This document shows, one piece after another, positions 41,525-54,043 of a stretch of DNA of 64,000 nt. This DNA is from Macrostomum lignano (taxonomy: Eukaryota). The stretch lies in contig NIVC01001334.1 in assembly GCA_002269645.1 (NCBI GenBank), forward strand, positions 124,001-188,000, read 5' to 3'. The stretch's first letter is position 1, and the number at the start of each line of letters is the position of its first letter. A program made the translations under genes and the position numbers. Under the pieces are notes generated by a model. That model searched no databases, was not told where the DNA came from, and saw only the letters and a list, made by a program, of their open reading frames with translations.

Positions 41525-43833
41525 ACGTCGGCAGAGACAGTAGAAAGCTCTGACGCGCATTGGGCGCCAATGTAATTACTTTTGATCGTTTTACAACCAA
41601 TAGATATAGCTAACGTACAGTTGGCCTTAAAGCGAATTAAAACGTGTAACTACTTAATTGGACTCACAATCTGACCTACATTTGAGATACTTGTATACTT
41701 CCGATTCTTACATGCGCCAGATAGACTTCTTCGCTAATTTGCAGTTCATTTCTTTCTGCAGTCTGTCACCTCAATGTCTGTTTAATGTCTTTTTTATTTA
41801 CAGTTCCTGTCTCTGAAGAGGTTTACGAAATGGGGCTTCATTGAGAGTAGCAATCGCTTTGGAGGCAGGCGTCAAAATTCAGGTAGACTCGGGGTCGTTG
41901 GGTTCTCCAATGTTGATTGATAAAGGACTGGGTGGATCAGGGGCCTTTCAACAAAGCGAGATTTCCTTTACACAAAGTTTTATGGCTTCTTCTAGGAGAC
42001 TATTAATCTGTTTTTATAGACCTTTCCTGAGTCAGAAATCATAGTACATTACACTCATAGAAGAGTCTACGTAATTTTTGGATTTTGATGAGCAATGGTA
42101 CGTTAAAAATTGAAAACAAGGTTAAGCATTGACACAAAAATTGAATGGTTTCGACACTTCCGCTTTAACCCACCACATTAAGTCTATATTATTACCAGAC
42201 ATGGCACGAAAGTTTAGCATCTATAATGATCAATGTTTTAGATATATGATGGTGGTGTCTTCTTCCACCAATTAGCTGCTCCTCAAATGATATTACCCTC
42301 TCAATTCTACTGTTCTAATTTACATGTACAGGTAATTATTTACATCGAAAGAGTAGCATTCAGTTTATTGTAGCGGAATTCATTGTGTGCACCTATGGTT
42401 ATTTATATCAGTTTTTTATTTCAAGGATTTCCTGTTCATACTGTGTCAAGAGATTGCCTCTGATCCTTGTAGTCACTGAATTAAGCAGGCAGTGTCTGCA
42501 GGCCTAAGAGCTGAAAAGATTCAGTGTCAGATTGAAATTCCCTGATTAAATAGCGGTCCAAAAGTCGGCAACCAAAAGAGGATCCCGGATAAGGGGACAA
42601 ATCTTGTTCACTGGAACTATATGTTTGCCTACCTGTCTATGCGACTGCGAACAACTGAGTGCGAGAGGATTCGCCTCTTTCAAATTTGAATGAGCATGAC
42701 GACCCGCGACATTGCGAGTTGTCCATACTCTACTACTTTTAAAAGTAGAAAGATGTGAACAATCTTAGCAGAAGCTACACCAGATCGCATTTCTCTGCTT
42801 TTTGTTTAGCTAAAATATTCTCAGACTCAATGCGTTTCGTGCCAGCCAACTCAAGAAAGGCATGACCTTCGACACCTTGTCCGGCAATGGGGTCAGAAAT
42901 TCATTCGATTTTCTCCGTGTGCTTCGGAGGAAAACTTCGCACATTTGATTAAATTTCAGGAGAGCGGAGCAGTGAAGCACTGGAGCAATACTCTGCTGCC
43001 ACATGGTATATGCAGTTCGCCTGTAATTTTTCAGCTGATTACGATTAGCTATATAAAAGACCCACGGCAAGACGCAACAGGTTGCATGCGGCAAGAGAAG
43101 TCACATAAAAGGGCGCCCCAACTGACGACTTGTCAGTCAAAACTAGTTCGGGGGTATCGTGAGACGAGTTTGTCTGTTTGTTTTTGGTCATGCTAGAGAA
43201 TATAATCAGACTTAAGGCATTCGTACTCACGCAGACTCAGAGCTCGATCTTTACTCTACTCTTACTGCCTTCTCGCTTTTTCTTTGCTTTAACATTTCTT
43301 TCAGTTCAACCATCGACCCCTAAGGCCATTCTCTCACTCTGCCTGGGACTCCGTGCCCTCCCTCTGCTGAAAGAGTCCCTCAGAGTGTGCAGCAGCCACA
43401 GCTGCTCAGCGCCTACGCACTTCCTTCTCCGCGCGTGCCCAGTGTTCTCGGCTAAAAAAAATTAGAATTCTGCCACAACCCACGATCCGCCGAATTCACG
43501 TTGCCCTCCTAAATTTGCTTTTATTTTTATTTCTCATCTCATTTTCGCGAGGGTAGGTCGACTTCAGGTCTGTCTGCTTTTTAGGCCTCTCGCTCCGCTT
43601 ATTATGCTTGAGCCACTTCACGATTACATTTTGCTTCTCTTAATTCTTTTCCATTAGAAGACGGCAGAGGTGTAACTTACGTGCCGTCTGCATTTTCGGA
43701 ACAGTCAAAATCGTTGGTTCAGTCAGGTAAATTTTTATCATATCAGAGAGCTTTTTCATCAGAGAACTAAATTGTCCGGACGCAAAGGAAGCCACTGCCA
43801 CCATGAGCTTATTCTAGAATAAGTCAGCCGACC

Positions 43834-46800
43834 ATGGTGGTGCCACTGTACGCAGCTCTGCTATCGAACTGGCTGTTGGCGCTAGCAGCTGGGGAAATAT
43901 CTGGCGATTTTCAGCCACCGATGCCCTCTGCTCCGACTTCTGTGTACTTCCGCGACCTTGGCAGTCTGCTCAATGACCACGTGCCGCAGGTGTCTGAACC
44001 CGTCCCGGCTTGGCGTGTTGACAGAGACACCCGCCTAGCTCTGCCATTAGACCAACTGGCAGTGGGCCTGGCCCTGCCCCGAAAGCTGACCTTAGCCGTT
44101 GTGTTCCGTCCGCAAAAGGTCAACGGCACCCTACTGGCGGTGCGAACGCCAGGTGGGAAAATTCAGTTCGGATTGAGCTACTCTGTAGAGTCGCGAATGA
44201 CGAAGCTTCGCCGATTGGAGATGCATCTCTGGTACTCCGTCACCAACGATACAGCAATCGTGCAGCGCCCAGTGGCGGTACTTACTGATGTGCAGTCAGA
44301 ATTTCGACTGGGAATTTCATTGATTGCTTTTTATGTCCATCTGGACGGTGGCAGGCTTAGCTACGAGTTCTGGTGTCCCGGGTGAGGCCTTTCGCTTTTT
44401 TATTATCGAAACTGTTACTCAAGCAATGTAGGATTTTATTTTTTCGACCAATTCAGAGAAGAATTCTGGTCGCACAGCCCGGAGTACAGCCAGCCACTGC
44501 CGAATGAGTACAGCGACACGCAGCAACAGATTCGATTTGCGGCCGGCTCCAGTCTGTATCTGCTCTCTGACGGAGTGGAGAATTATTTCCATGTGAGCAA
44601 ATGAGAATTGATGACTTATGCTCGTATTGAAAAGAGGGAGAGGGTGTCGTGATTTTTAAAGGAATGTCGTCAACTAAGGAAGTAAGGAAGTTAAGAGGAA
44701 GTAAAGCTCTAGACAAGACCAAAAGTTAATAAGTAAATTCAAATGAAGTCGAAAAATTCTTCAAAAGATGGATGCGTCGACGCTTTTAGTCGACGCGTCC
44801 TAAAAGTTATCGGTTGCAGTCGCTTTGGTCTGAAGCTTCGCTTTGGGATCCATTACGACGCGTAATTTGACAGCCCTTTGTCATACTTTATTCCTGACTA
44901 CTAAAGGATAGGCCGAGAATAGGCCAAAAGGCCCCTATGGAAAACCCAAGCCTTAGCTGTACTCTTACCTACCCAAGCTTCGCGAGGGTTCATGACGGCA
45001 GAAGTCTCTGGCCGCTGTGACGGACAAAAAGACGCGCAGTTGTGGAGTTCACAGCTCGTTCAAAATTAGCAGGGACGGAAGTGCGAGCAAAAGCTTCATT
45101 GATGGGCAGCCTTTTCCTCATCAAAGCCATCAAAGGGGGACAAATAATGGAAAGTAGTTGACTGCTCATGTTGTTTCGACAGCCATGCCCATTTGAGGTC
45201 AAGTTCGGTAAGGGAAATTAAGCACTGAGTCATTAAGTAACTTTCCGATTATTAGCAGGTATCGCAGATGCCGATAATTCGGTGTAGCTGGCGTTGGTGA
45301 CTTATTAGTTTGTTTATGGCTCAATTGATCGGGACTATTTTTTTCTTAGAAGAAGTAGATCTGTGAAAGCAAGTCATTCAGTCCAATACTTACAGCGGTT
45401 AAATATTCCTTTTTGCGGCCTAGTTGGTACTGCAAGCTTTCAATTTAATCATAGATACGGAAATCAGGCTTGCGAGACTGAATATTTTCTGTCTATGGTC
45501 GACACTCGCTGGCATAGCGGAGTTCAATTTGGTCCTGGGGGCATCAATTTGATCATTCTACTCATATAACGTTAGAGATATCCAGTGCTATAACACAAGT
45601 CGTTTACTTATCGTTGAAAAGACTGAAAACAGAACGACACAATAAACAAATGAACACTTTAGCGCTAAATATCATCAAGTAAAAAAATGTTCAGATTACT
45701 GGCTGTCCGGCGATGCAGGCTGGAATAAACCTTAGCATAAATTCCCCTGGAATTTATCGGAACTTCATCGGACTATCGCCGCGCTCTAAAGCGGTGACAA
45801 TCAGACCGTACTTCTCATCGCTAATCTTGTTGTACTGACCGCGTTGTACTTGGGCTGGCTGCTCATGCCGTAGTTTGCCTGGACGTTATTTGCAGTTCCA
45901 AAGCTCCAATCACTGCCATCATCTTCAAGTAGCTCGTCCGGATTACTCATTAAAACAAACCAGTTAAAAACAAGTTACGATGACAGTAAAAATGTGCATT
46001 GAATACATAGAATGATCAAATTGATGCCCCCAGGATTGGATTGAAATCCGCTCTGCCAGCGAGTGTCGACCATAAGACAGAAAACTTTCATGGCTCGCAA
46101 GCCTGATTTCCGTATCTATGATTAAATTGAAAGCTTGCAGTACCAACTAGGCCGCAAACAGGAATAATCAAATCCCCTCTAGGGTGACATCATACGTTTC
46201 CTTTTGGCGAGCCCTCTACCAGACCACGCCAAGCGGCAGCGGCTCAAGTGCCAACCTGGACTGAACAGCTCGCTGATCTCGGCTGAAGGTTCTATCGCTC
46301 GATATCCACCGTCGCCGCCGTTCCTGCCTCCCGATCCCGAATTTTCTTCCCCGTCTCTATCGTCATCGGGCGATGTTGAACCACCAACCGACTGGCTGCC
46401 GAGAGAAAAAATTGGCGAGGACAGGCGAACGGGCGATTTTCTGGCTGCGATGACCACAGCCACTGCGCCTTCTCTGCCGAGTTACTTAAAAGGCGAAAAG
46501 GTTGGCTCGATTTACTGCTTGTGGTCGTTCTGATATGAAGTTAAATGCCCTGAACTCAGCTATAGCCTCTAGGGCCTGATCTAAGTATCCAAAAAATTTG
46601 ATATATATACGAGCTAAACGTCATTTCGCACTCGACTCGTTAAAATGCGTGAATTTCTCGATATAGCTTTCTCTGTAAATTTTTTACCTCTTCCCGTGAA
46701 GATCGAGATTGTAGTTTAGATAATCTGCATATATTCATTCATGTAAAAGGTAGATGTTGCTTGGTAGAGCGATTTTTTTTCTCAAACGAATCAATGCAGG

Positions 46801-48550
46801 AAACTATCCGATGTTTATAAAGCTGTGTATCTGCTCTGGTTGTCTACAATTACGTACGCTCGTAAGTACTTAATTTAATTGAAAAGCCTATAGTTTGTCT
46901 CAGCATTCGCAATCGCATTCGTTAGGGAGATCCTGGCGTAACCGGCAGTCCCGGCGTCTGCACCGAAAGATGCCCGGGCGGCAGAGACAGCGGCCTCGAT
47001 ATTGTGCAGCCAACGGCTTGGCTGCCGGGTGCCAAGGGCGAGCCTGGACCGCCGGGTCCCAAAGGCGACACTGGGCCGACTGGACCCAGGGGAGCTACAG
47101 GGCCGGCCGGTCGGAAAGGAGATTTGGGCCCCGTTGGGCCCCAAGGCAAGATGGGACCAGTGGGACCTGCAGGAGAATCTGGCAGTCCAGGCGCTAAGGG
47201 AGAGACGGGACGTCAAGGCGAGCCTGGCCGAGTTGGCCCCTCCGGCATTCCCGGGCGCAATGGGGATCGAGGTCCTTTGGGTCCAAAAGGCCAGACCGGA
47301 GACCCCGGGCCACGGGGTGAGCCTGGACTGAAGGGTGAGCCCGGCCCGCCGGGACCGGCCGTCAAGGCCTCTCAAATGCGCGGTTCAGCAGCCGTCAAGG
47401 GCGAGAAAGGCGACCGAGGTGCTCCAGGCACCGGTGGAGTGATGGGTCCTCCGGGACAGCCCGGACTATCAGGTTCGCCAGGTCCTGCTGGCCCTGCTGG
47501 ACGTCCAGCAACCAAGGGAGCAAAAGGCGAGCCAGGTGCTTCCTGCGCGTGTCCGGAGGCAGGTAGATTGCCGCTGCAGCCGCCGCCACTCCAGGCTACT
47601 CGGCCACCGGAGTTTTCCAGATTCGATGGCGTGGTGAGTTAACTTTTATATCATCTTATGACTATGTAACGAGAATTTTCTCAGGTGATACAGAGTCCGA
47701 CATCTATATCACGATTTTAAGCGCGTCGTTACTAGTCACGAAGTGTTAGCTGAAATCGGGTACACCTTAACCGAGGGTGCGATGGTGTACACAAAAGATA
47801 GAAATATTCTCTACCTGAAAACTGACTTCATGCGGAATGTCTGGACGGAGATTGTAAGCGGAGGTAGGCAAGTCGAAATGGCATTCCCGGTGAGTTATTT
47901 CAGCATTGATCTAGATGTTAAACAATAAAAAACTTACTTTTTCCAACTGTTAATTTTGAAATTCTTAGACTTCAACCACAACAGCCCCACCAAAACCACC
48001 GGAACCGCCGAAATTTCGACCGCACGCAGTCGCCGGACCGAAGGTTTGTACTGAGCTTTCGTCATTCATGCGACACAAGCATCTCTGCACCAAGGAACCA
48101 CGAACTTGCCCCACAGCTTCGACTAGTGGCTTTGCCTTTCAAGATGTACGGTGACCTAAAGTACAAGGGTGCGTACAGCAACCTGGCTGCCGACTACGCC
48201 TGCCAGCAGGCGACAAAAGCATCTGGACTCGGCGGTGTAAGGGTGCACTTTAAAGCCTTCCTCAGCGGGTTGTACAGCAGCTTGGAAACCCTGGTGCAGG
48301 CGGATCAGAGGAGTTCTGTACCCGTAGTGAATTTCTATGTAAGAACTGAATCGACAACTCTCTCAGCAATAACTTATTAACTGAATACAGAGCAAGAGTT
48401 ATATTAAGCTTATTTCGTCTTTTTCCCACAGAACCAAAGGCTGTTCGACAGCTACTCTGATATGCTGGACCGCGGCATGTGGAACCGAGAAGTTCAGCTG
48501 CAAGACTTTAATGGCAGGAATCTGTCGCAATGGGCTGAGCACAGAGGAGT
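43834..48550 (+). CDS. COL15/18: Collagen XV/XVIII (multiplexin) homolog; last exon(s) beyond 48550 unresolved
   Basis: Exons 43834-44381, 44457-44592, 46183-46500, 46926-47633, 47722-47853, 47969-48043, 48117-48338, 48432-48550 join in phase. Signal peptide, TSPN/LamG-like region, Gly-X-Y tract, trimerization-like segment (EGAMVYTKDRNILYLK), endostatin-like domain (LRLVALP, ADYACQQA, FKAFLS, VPVVNF, DFNGRNL). Confidence 0.9.
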
Positions 48551-48996
48551 GTGAGTGTTCAAAAGTTTTCTAGAATCGGGGTTCTATTTTAGATTCCAGA
48601 AAGTAGTTAGTTAAGCTTGTAGGGTAGCCGTGGGTGCTGTTGGAAAGTTAAACAACATTCGAAAATTTTTATGGACCTTCCCATCGTTAGACGGTGCTTT
48701 TGTTGCAAAAAACGATCGTGAATTCGCATTTGGGATCTCTGGTACTCTCGACCCTAAAGAATGATATAACATGTAAGAGTCTAATTGTGCGTCCAAAAGT
48801 GAGATTCAAACTTGCGCCAGCAACGAATGAATATAACATTCGTTTGAAGTGCGAACTCTCGTACAAGCTAAGAGAGTCGCTTAACATTCTTTTCTTGCTA
48901 CTAATTAGTAGGCAATCCTTTATAACTTAACTAAAGCACAAAGCGGTATAACTCGCCGAACTAACAGATGAGAATAAATTACTAAGCATGACGTCA

Positions 48997-50484
48997 TCAA
49001 GCCTTTTTTTCACACCGCAGCTCCGAGATCCTGGCTTGGCGAGGCCTCAGGCATCGTGATCGCGGCTCGCCAGACTGCGACGGGTTCTTCAGTCGCAGCC
49101 TGATGAAGCGCGGCCTGGCATCCGATCTGAGCTCCAGCTGGTTGCTGCAGACCGACAGGCAGATCGCTTGCGACACGCGCCTCGTGGTGCTCTGCATCGA
49201 GGCCCGGAGCTCGGTGCCCTGACGGTGGACTCATCGCATAGTTAAATTGTTGTCCGACGCAGAAGCCAAGCATCATTCTACTAATAAATCAAATTCTCCG
49301 CTTGCTGGACAACAACATGATAAGCATCTCGTAGTTCTTCCGTTTCCAAACAGACGCATAGTCCTTAGTCGTGCTTATTAAACACATGCTAGGCTCAATT
49401 CGCGAAATACCTCAGCGCAACTGTTTTTTTTGCCAAGCCAGTATTGCTCGCGTTTATTGCTGGGGCCGGATGAAACTAGGTGATTATTTTTTTTATTACA
49501 CCTGCCCCAGTTGGGTCAGATGTGCAACCGACAGCTCAGCCGCAGCAATGCAGAGTTAAGTGTCTTGCTCAAAGGACACAAATTGTTCCACTCAGATCGG
49601 GAATCGAACCTCCGACCTTCAAGTCGTGAGTCCGACGCTTTTACCTCTAGGCTACAACCCCTAGGTGATTTCGCTTTAAAAAGCTTGCAATTTACTGCAA
49701 TCATCCAGTTAAATATACTTTGTAGTTCCCTAGCCTCCATTTTTTCGCTTTTACAAGTATTTTTTGTTTGTAATTGCACTTTATCTGTCTATCTGTCCAC
49801 TCGTCTGCCTGTCTATGTTTTTGTCTGTCTGTCTGTCAGTCTTTCTGTCTGTCTGTTGCGCACTCTACTTCTCTCTCTCTCCTCATCGCCCAGCCTACAA
49901 TTCACCCCGTCTTTAGCTTATCGCACCACCTTATTCTAAGCCTCCAACTCGGCAGTTATTCAATGCACCCGCCCGTCTTGTCTGCACTGAGATGAAAACT
50001 AACTAAAATACAATCACGTGTTGCTGTGGCTTTGAGCTTTATCAATATCAATCCAACCGATGTCGGATGCTGTATCTTCCCCAGTCTCGCCAATATCTCT
50101 GGTAAGTATGCAGCAGCCAGCTTAAATTTGGTTAAAAACATGAAGAAAAGAGTCTGGCGGCTCGCTAATCCATCATGGAATCTGTATATTTTACACTATA
50201 TGATGACAGTAGAATGCCTTCCAGAACAGTTGAGTCCCAAGTGTCACTCCAGTCGCTGGTCACTTCTCCTTGTCGAAGCCGTACTTCTCCAGCGCCTGTC
50301 CCAGCGTGTGCGTCGAGTCGATGGCCGCGTCGATGCGCGTGTAGCCGGCCAGGCGGCTCTGCGGCGTCGCAGGCGGGATCGGCGACTCCGCGGTCAGAGC
50401 TGCCGAGTCCGCCGTCTGTGGAGCATCCGCAGCTGCATCCGCTTTCTTTCCGGTCGACTTTTTGCCCGACTTAGCTTTTGGCAT
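48997..50484 (-). CDS. Probable orphan gene beginning MPKAKSGKKSTGKK; splicing unresolved
   Basis: GC-rich ORF 50260-50484 with a strong start and coding-like composition; further GC-rich open segments at about 50030-50110 and 49000-49370; TATTTAA about 95 nt upstream; phases not reconciled. Confidence 0.4.
49495..49655 (-). mobile_element. tRNA-derived SINE with CORE-like central domain
   Basis: Minus strand has A box TAGCCTAGAGG, B box GGTTCGATTCC, then GTGTCCTTTGAGCAAGACACTTAAC, resembling the MIR/CORE consensus GTGACCTTGGGCAAGTCACTTAAC. Confidence 0.85.
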
Positions 50485-53400
50485 GTTGGCGAGCTGTCTC
50501 AGCCAAAGGCTGCAGGCCTCTTTGTTGGAATTTGAGACAAGTTGCTTGAAACTGCCCCGAGGCTGTCAGGCTGCTCCTATTTAACTCAATGTCCGTTGCA
50601 ATTCTTCTTGGCGTGTCTCAACCCCGAAATATTCGACATTCGGCCGTTATTGTGCGAGTTGATGCACATCTTTGCTCTGCTCAAACTGCTAGAGAGCATG
50701 CAGCCATCTATCTATCCATTCTATTGTGTATCTGCTCCGCTATTTTCAGGCCCCGAATGTTTTGCTCGAAGTGCTAAGTCGTGTATACGGCGAGTGCTTT
50801 TGGCTACGAATACGTAAATAGCGACTATATCTGACATGAACAGTCTTGCAGACTTCGATGCAAACTACTCTCGTACATTCTTGCTACTGTTAGTAAGAAA
50901 GCAAGAAAAAGGCCTGTACTGAATTCTTGCGAACTTGGGTTATTAGCTCGTATTTTAAGTGCAGTTTAAAAATAGCTTCAAAGCAGTGCAGAAGTGTTTT
51001 GCTTACGCAGAGGCAATTCTGATCCTAAATAGAGCCCTTGGCGAATTGGAATAACGAATTTATACTAGATGGGCCATGCAGCCTCTCACTCAAAAGAGCA
51101 ATTACAGTTGAGCTGTGACGCGCTGAGCTGTTTGTCTTTTGAGTGCTTATTTTTCCTCGCAAATATTTTTGCACTTAACTCGGCGAAAACAAGTGCCGAG
51201 TAACAAACAGACGCATTAAGTCCGGACAGGTTCGGAGTTTGCTAGTTATTTTTGCAGCTAGTCTGCTTTCACCTTTTCAGCTCATTAGATGATGGATCTG
51301 ACAAGGCGAATCAACCGATTTCAAGGGGACATCAAATATCGGCGCCAGGAAAAATTAGCCTTCTAAACTCTTGCATCAAATGCAAATACAGTAGCTTTTT
51401 GTGAACTCCCAAATCCTGGCGATAAGATGGGCCTCTCTATTCTAGCCATGTACAGCTGCAATATCTGAGCAAGAAGTTCTTTATCGCTTAACTGAGCTTA
51501 AGCAAAGCTGGAATAGTCACTGTGCCTCATATGCTCACAGCCTATGCAGACGCAACAACACAGAAGGCACAAGGGACCAATTTGGCAATCTAATCAGCAA
51601 AACAAATGCTGCTATCAGTTTAATTTTAAATAATCGCGTTTGTTTAAATTCGAGCCGCAGAAAAACAACTTTCTGTAGCCTGTGCGCTGCTTTCAATTAG
51701 ACAGCCCAGTCCAGTGTACAATTTGTTTGAATTTTGCGCATACCTTTATAACTCTGCGCTGCCCACCAAAACAAGCAATAAAAAGCTGAAAGAGTAGCAA
51801 GGCGTACTTTCTTCCGTAGTTGGACTTGTTTTCGGCGCTGACTCGCTGGCGGAAGGTATCAATAACTGGCTAGCTTTGTCAGAAAAGTACGAACGAGGAC
51901 CAACACGCAGAGGGGAATAAATCATAGGGCTCAGAATCTACATCCTGATCCAGCAAAATAAATGCGTACTTGATGAGCTTCCGTGCCGGAGTGGTTCGCG
52001 GATTCAAAGTGCTCAAAAGATTTTCCATTAGGGCAGGGCTTCCTGCTGAGAAACAAATAAGAACACTGGCACTGCTGATTTCTATTTATAAGAACAAATT
52101 TACAAAGACCATCAGTACTTGAAATCTACATAGCTGAAGGACAAATGAAAAGGGCAAGTTTTGCACTAGACCGTTTTATTGATCGCATGGCAAATGGAAA
52201 ACACGTTTCAAGTTGCAGGTGATTCACCGCCTTTAAGCCAACATTCCCTGTAACTAACAGCGCAATAGTGTTGTTTACCTGTTTTAGCAGTAAAATTCTG
52301 GCCGCAGTGCAGGTGCACTGCACACTTCTTGACCACCCCCAGACTCTGCATAGGGCTGGCAGTGAATCCGTTTCTAAAATTTCTAAGCAAAAGAATACCT
52401 AATAGTCGGTCCTTTGAAATTCAGAAAACCCTGATAATTTCATTTCTCACACAGTTCGTCTTTCCTGCTAACTCGTAAAGGTAACCCGGGGAGATAAGAG
52501 CCGAACAAAATCGAGAGGTCACCACGTAAGCTGCACATGAAGAAAAACAGAGAAATTCAAGTACAACGCGCCCTAGCTTACTCCAAAATAGCTTCGAATA
52601 GACTTTCTGCATCGGTGAAAACAAATTACGGGGCTCGTACACGCCAGAGCGAAACTCGGTCAGGACGAAAGTTCCACCAAGTGCGGTACTTCGCTCGGAC
52701 CAGGCGAGTGTAGTTCTGTGCCTACCGAGTAACAGTTCGACTTCCATGAATCATCTTGCACTGGCGAATCGCTCCGTGCGGCTGCACAATGTGCCACTGT
52801 GAACTTTTATTTTCCTGCGCGCTGGTCTGTTTTTACTTCAGGCGGACACCAGAGGCAGAGGGGCTTCGGGATCTGCAGCGCCGGGGATGAAGGCCTCGGT
52901 GCTGCACTATTTGCGCAGCCAGCTAGGGACGTTGTAAACAACACTGGGTCGACCGAATTTCGGTACTTGTAACCCGAGGCACTCGTAAATAATAAACTGG
53001 TGCACAAAGAGTACATTTGCAGCGCTTGTTAGATTATATAGCTTCTGACAGTAGCACGTCGAGAAAGTATAAAGCAGTTCAAGGATATAATCTGTTCCCG
53101 AATCGAGGTTAACATACTTTGCCTTTGTCTCTCCGTTTGTTCAGAATTCTGAAACTTCAATCCCGGACACAGGAGCACACAGGATTCAACTGTGCTGTTT
53201 TGAACAGATAGTTGATGACAGAGAAATTCCAGAACGAAAATTTTAGACTCGTGTCAAATATTTTCTTCCCCCTTCTATATTCGACAGATAATCGTAACTA
53301 TTCTGGTGCTTTTTTGAAACCAGACCCTGAAAGACAAAAAATAATATTTTTATATGCCGAACCAAAACATGGCCGGTCTGTGCTTTCAGTGCACAATACA

Positions 53401-54043
53401 ATCGAATTTGCTTCAAAATATATATTAAATACAACAAACAAAACATAGGCCCATATCACATCAATGTTATTATTAGTGGCCATCGAAGCGACAAGCAAAA
53501 AGATCCAACAGCAGCAAATGAAATGGCGCTAAAGTACATTACGAGTGTACTGTTAATCGTGCATTGTGAGACATTCATAGATCGGTGCAAACTTTATGAA
53601 GCCACTGAATCTACAGCAAAGCCCATGCAGTCCAGTGTTTTGCTGAATTGAAGTAATTATCATTAGATAATGTGTAGATAGTGCGCAAAAGGGGCTGTAC
53701 GATTTGTGATTGAATGGAATTTGAAAGTATTCAGTAATACAACATCAAAATGCGAAAAAGCGCAGATACACACATTAGGAAAAGTTGGCCAGCATACTGT
53801 AGCCGTCTGCATAAGATTTATAGATTTTACGGTGAAACAAAGCATCAAACACAACGCGCAATAACTTTTAGACGAATGACATAAGTACGATCGTAGTTAT
53901 TTTCATGTAGAGTTCAAAACAAAAGCTGTGACTCGATTAAGAGGCTTTGAAACAAGTGGAGTTGCACTTTAAAAATGAAGATTGTCTGTCTGATTTCTCT
54001 GTTTTTCTTGCAAAGTTTTTACTGCGTTAAATTTTTCGAACCG

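Noticed and set aside
44990-45900. DGFDE (NACHT Walker-B-like) and KISDEKYGLIVTAL (integrase-associated-like) fragments in a multiplexin intron
   Set aside because: Very short, interrupted by stops; insufficient evidence.
52421-53016. ORFs and exon-like blocks downstream of IRS
   Set aside because: No consistent strand, frame or recognisable motif.
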